Shown in pieces: positions 63,190 to 64,000 of a DNA stretch of 64,000 nt. The stretch's first letter is position 1; each line of letters opens with the position of its first letter. This stretch comes from Mobula birostris (taxonomy: Eukaryota). The notes beneath the pieces were generated by a model. That model was not told the DNA's origin, made no database searches, and saw nothing but the letters and a program-made list of their open reading frames with translations. The stretch covers positions 25,968,439 to 26,032,438 of the forward strand of contig NC_092371.1 in assembly GCF_030028105.1 (NCBI RefSeq). Reading direction: 5' to 3'. Both the position numbers and the translations under genes were made by a program.

Positions 63190-64000
63190 AAAGTACGTGG
63201 AGGATAGGGAGATCAATGTTGAGAGTATTAATATGCTCAGACATTTCGAAGTAAAGAAGGTGTTTGGTCATTAGGGTGGCTGTGCCCAGGGCCTGATGGG
63301 ATAAACCATAGAGGTAAGTGAAGACATTGCTGGCGCCTTAACCAATATCTTTGTGTCCTCTCCAGCCACAGGAAAGGTCCCAAAGGACTGGCAATTAGCT
63401 AACGTTCCATTGTTCAAGAAGGAAACCAGGGATAACCCTGGAATCTCTAGTCAGTGTTAGGGAAGTTACTGGAGAGAATTCTTAAGGAGCGGATACATGA
63501 GCCAGCATGGCTTTGTGAGAACCAGTCATGTCTTACCAGCTTGACTGAGTTTTTTGATGAGGTGACAAGAGTGATTGATGAAGGGAGAGCTGCAGGTGTT
63601 GCCTACGTGGATTTTAGTAAGGCGTTTGACAAGGTCCCTGGTGGGAGGCTCATCCAGAAGATTACGATGCATGTGATCCATGGCGAATTGGGCGTTTGGA
63701 TTCAGAACTGACTTGCCCATAGAAGGTAGAGGTGGTGGTCAAAGGGGCTTATTCTTGCTGGAGGTCTGTGATTAGTGGTGTTCTGTAGGGATCTGTACTG
63801 GGACCTCTGCTGCTTGTGATGTACATAGATGATCCAAATGAAGGTGTAGATTGGTAGGTTAGTACTGTAAGTTTGCAGATGACATGAAGATAGGTGGATA
63901 GCGTAGATGACTGGCAAGACCCTTAACAGTGTTGATGAGCAGAGGGATCGTGGCTCCCCGAAAGTGGCTAGGCAGGTTGATAGGGTGGTTACGAAGGCAT
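63190..64000 (+). mobile_element. Degraded CR1 RT fragment
   Basis: SCLTSLTEFFDEVT...YVDFSKAFDKVP; GSVLGPLL. Confidence 0.85.

Noticed and set aside
1-64000. CRISPR arrays, rRNA or prokaryotic operons
   Set aside because: Spliced eukaryotic genes and vertebrate TEs throughout; no repeat-spacer periodicity seen

Overview
AT-rich, transposon-dense vertebrate genomic DNA. The repeat mix (HE1/V-SINE-like SINEs, CR1, Rex1/Babar, Penelope) suggests a cartilaginous fish, probably a ray; this is inference. Three host genes can be read exon by exon: the first five coding exons of PIGT (minus strand, running off the left edge), a complete 4-exon class VI-type beta-tubulin (TUBB1-like, plus strand, 447 aa) and ATP5F1E (ATP synthase epsilon, minus strand, 50 aa). 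The rest is nested mobile DNA: a near-intact full-length RNase H-bearing I-group/Nimb LINE about 550 bp upstream of the PIGT ATG, two Tc1 elements, a decayed full-length Gypsy element, two solo LTRs, and many CR1, Rex1, RTE, Penelope and SINE fragments. The best second-look items are an intact minimal type I hammerhead ribozyme at a Penelope terminus (decayed copies lie across the window), a non-autonomous internally deleted Rex1-derived family, a composite element bracketed by mini-MITE hairpins, and the PIGT-TUBB1-ATP5F1E gene order. I see no convincing evidence of a wholly new protein-coding system. Boundaries of degraded repeats are approximate.
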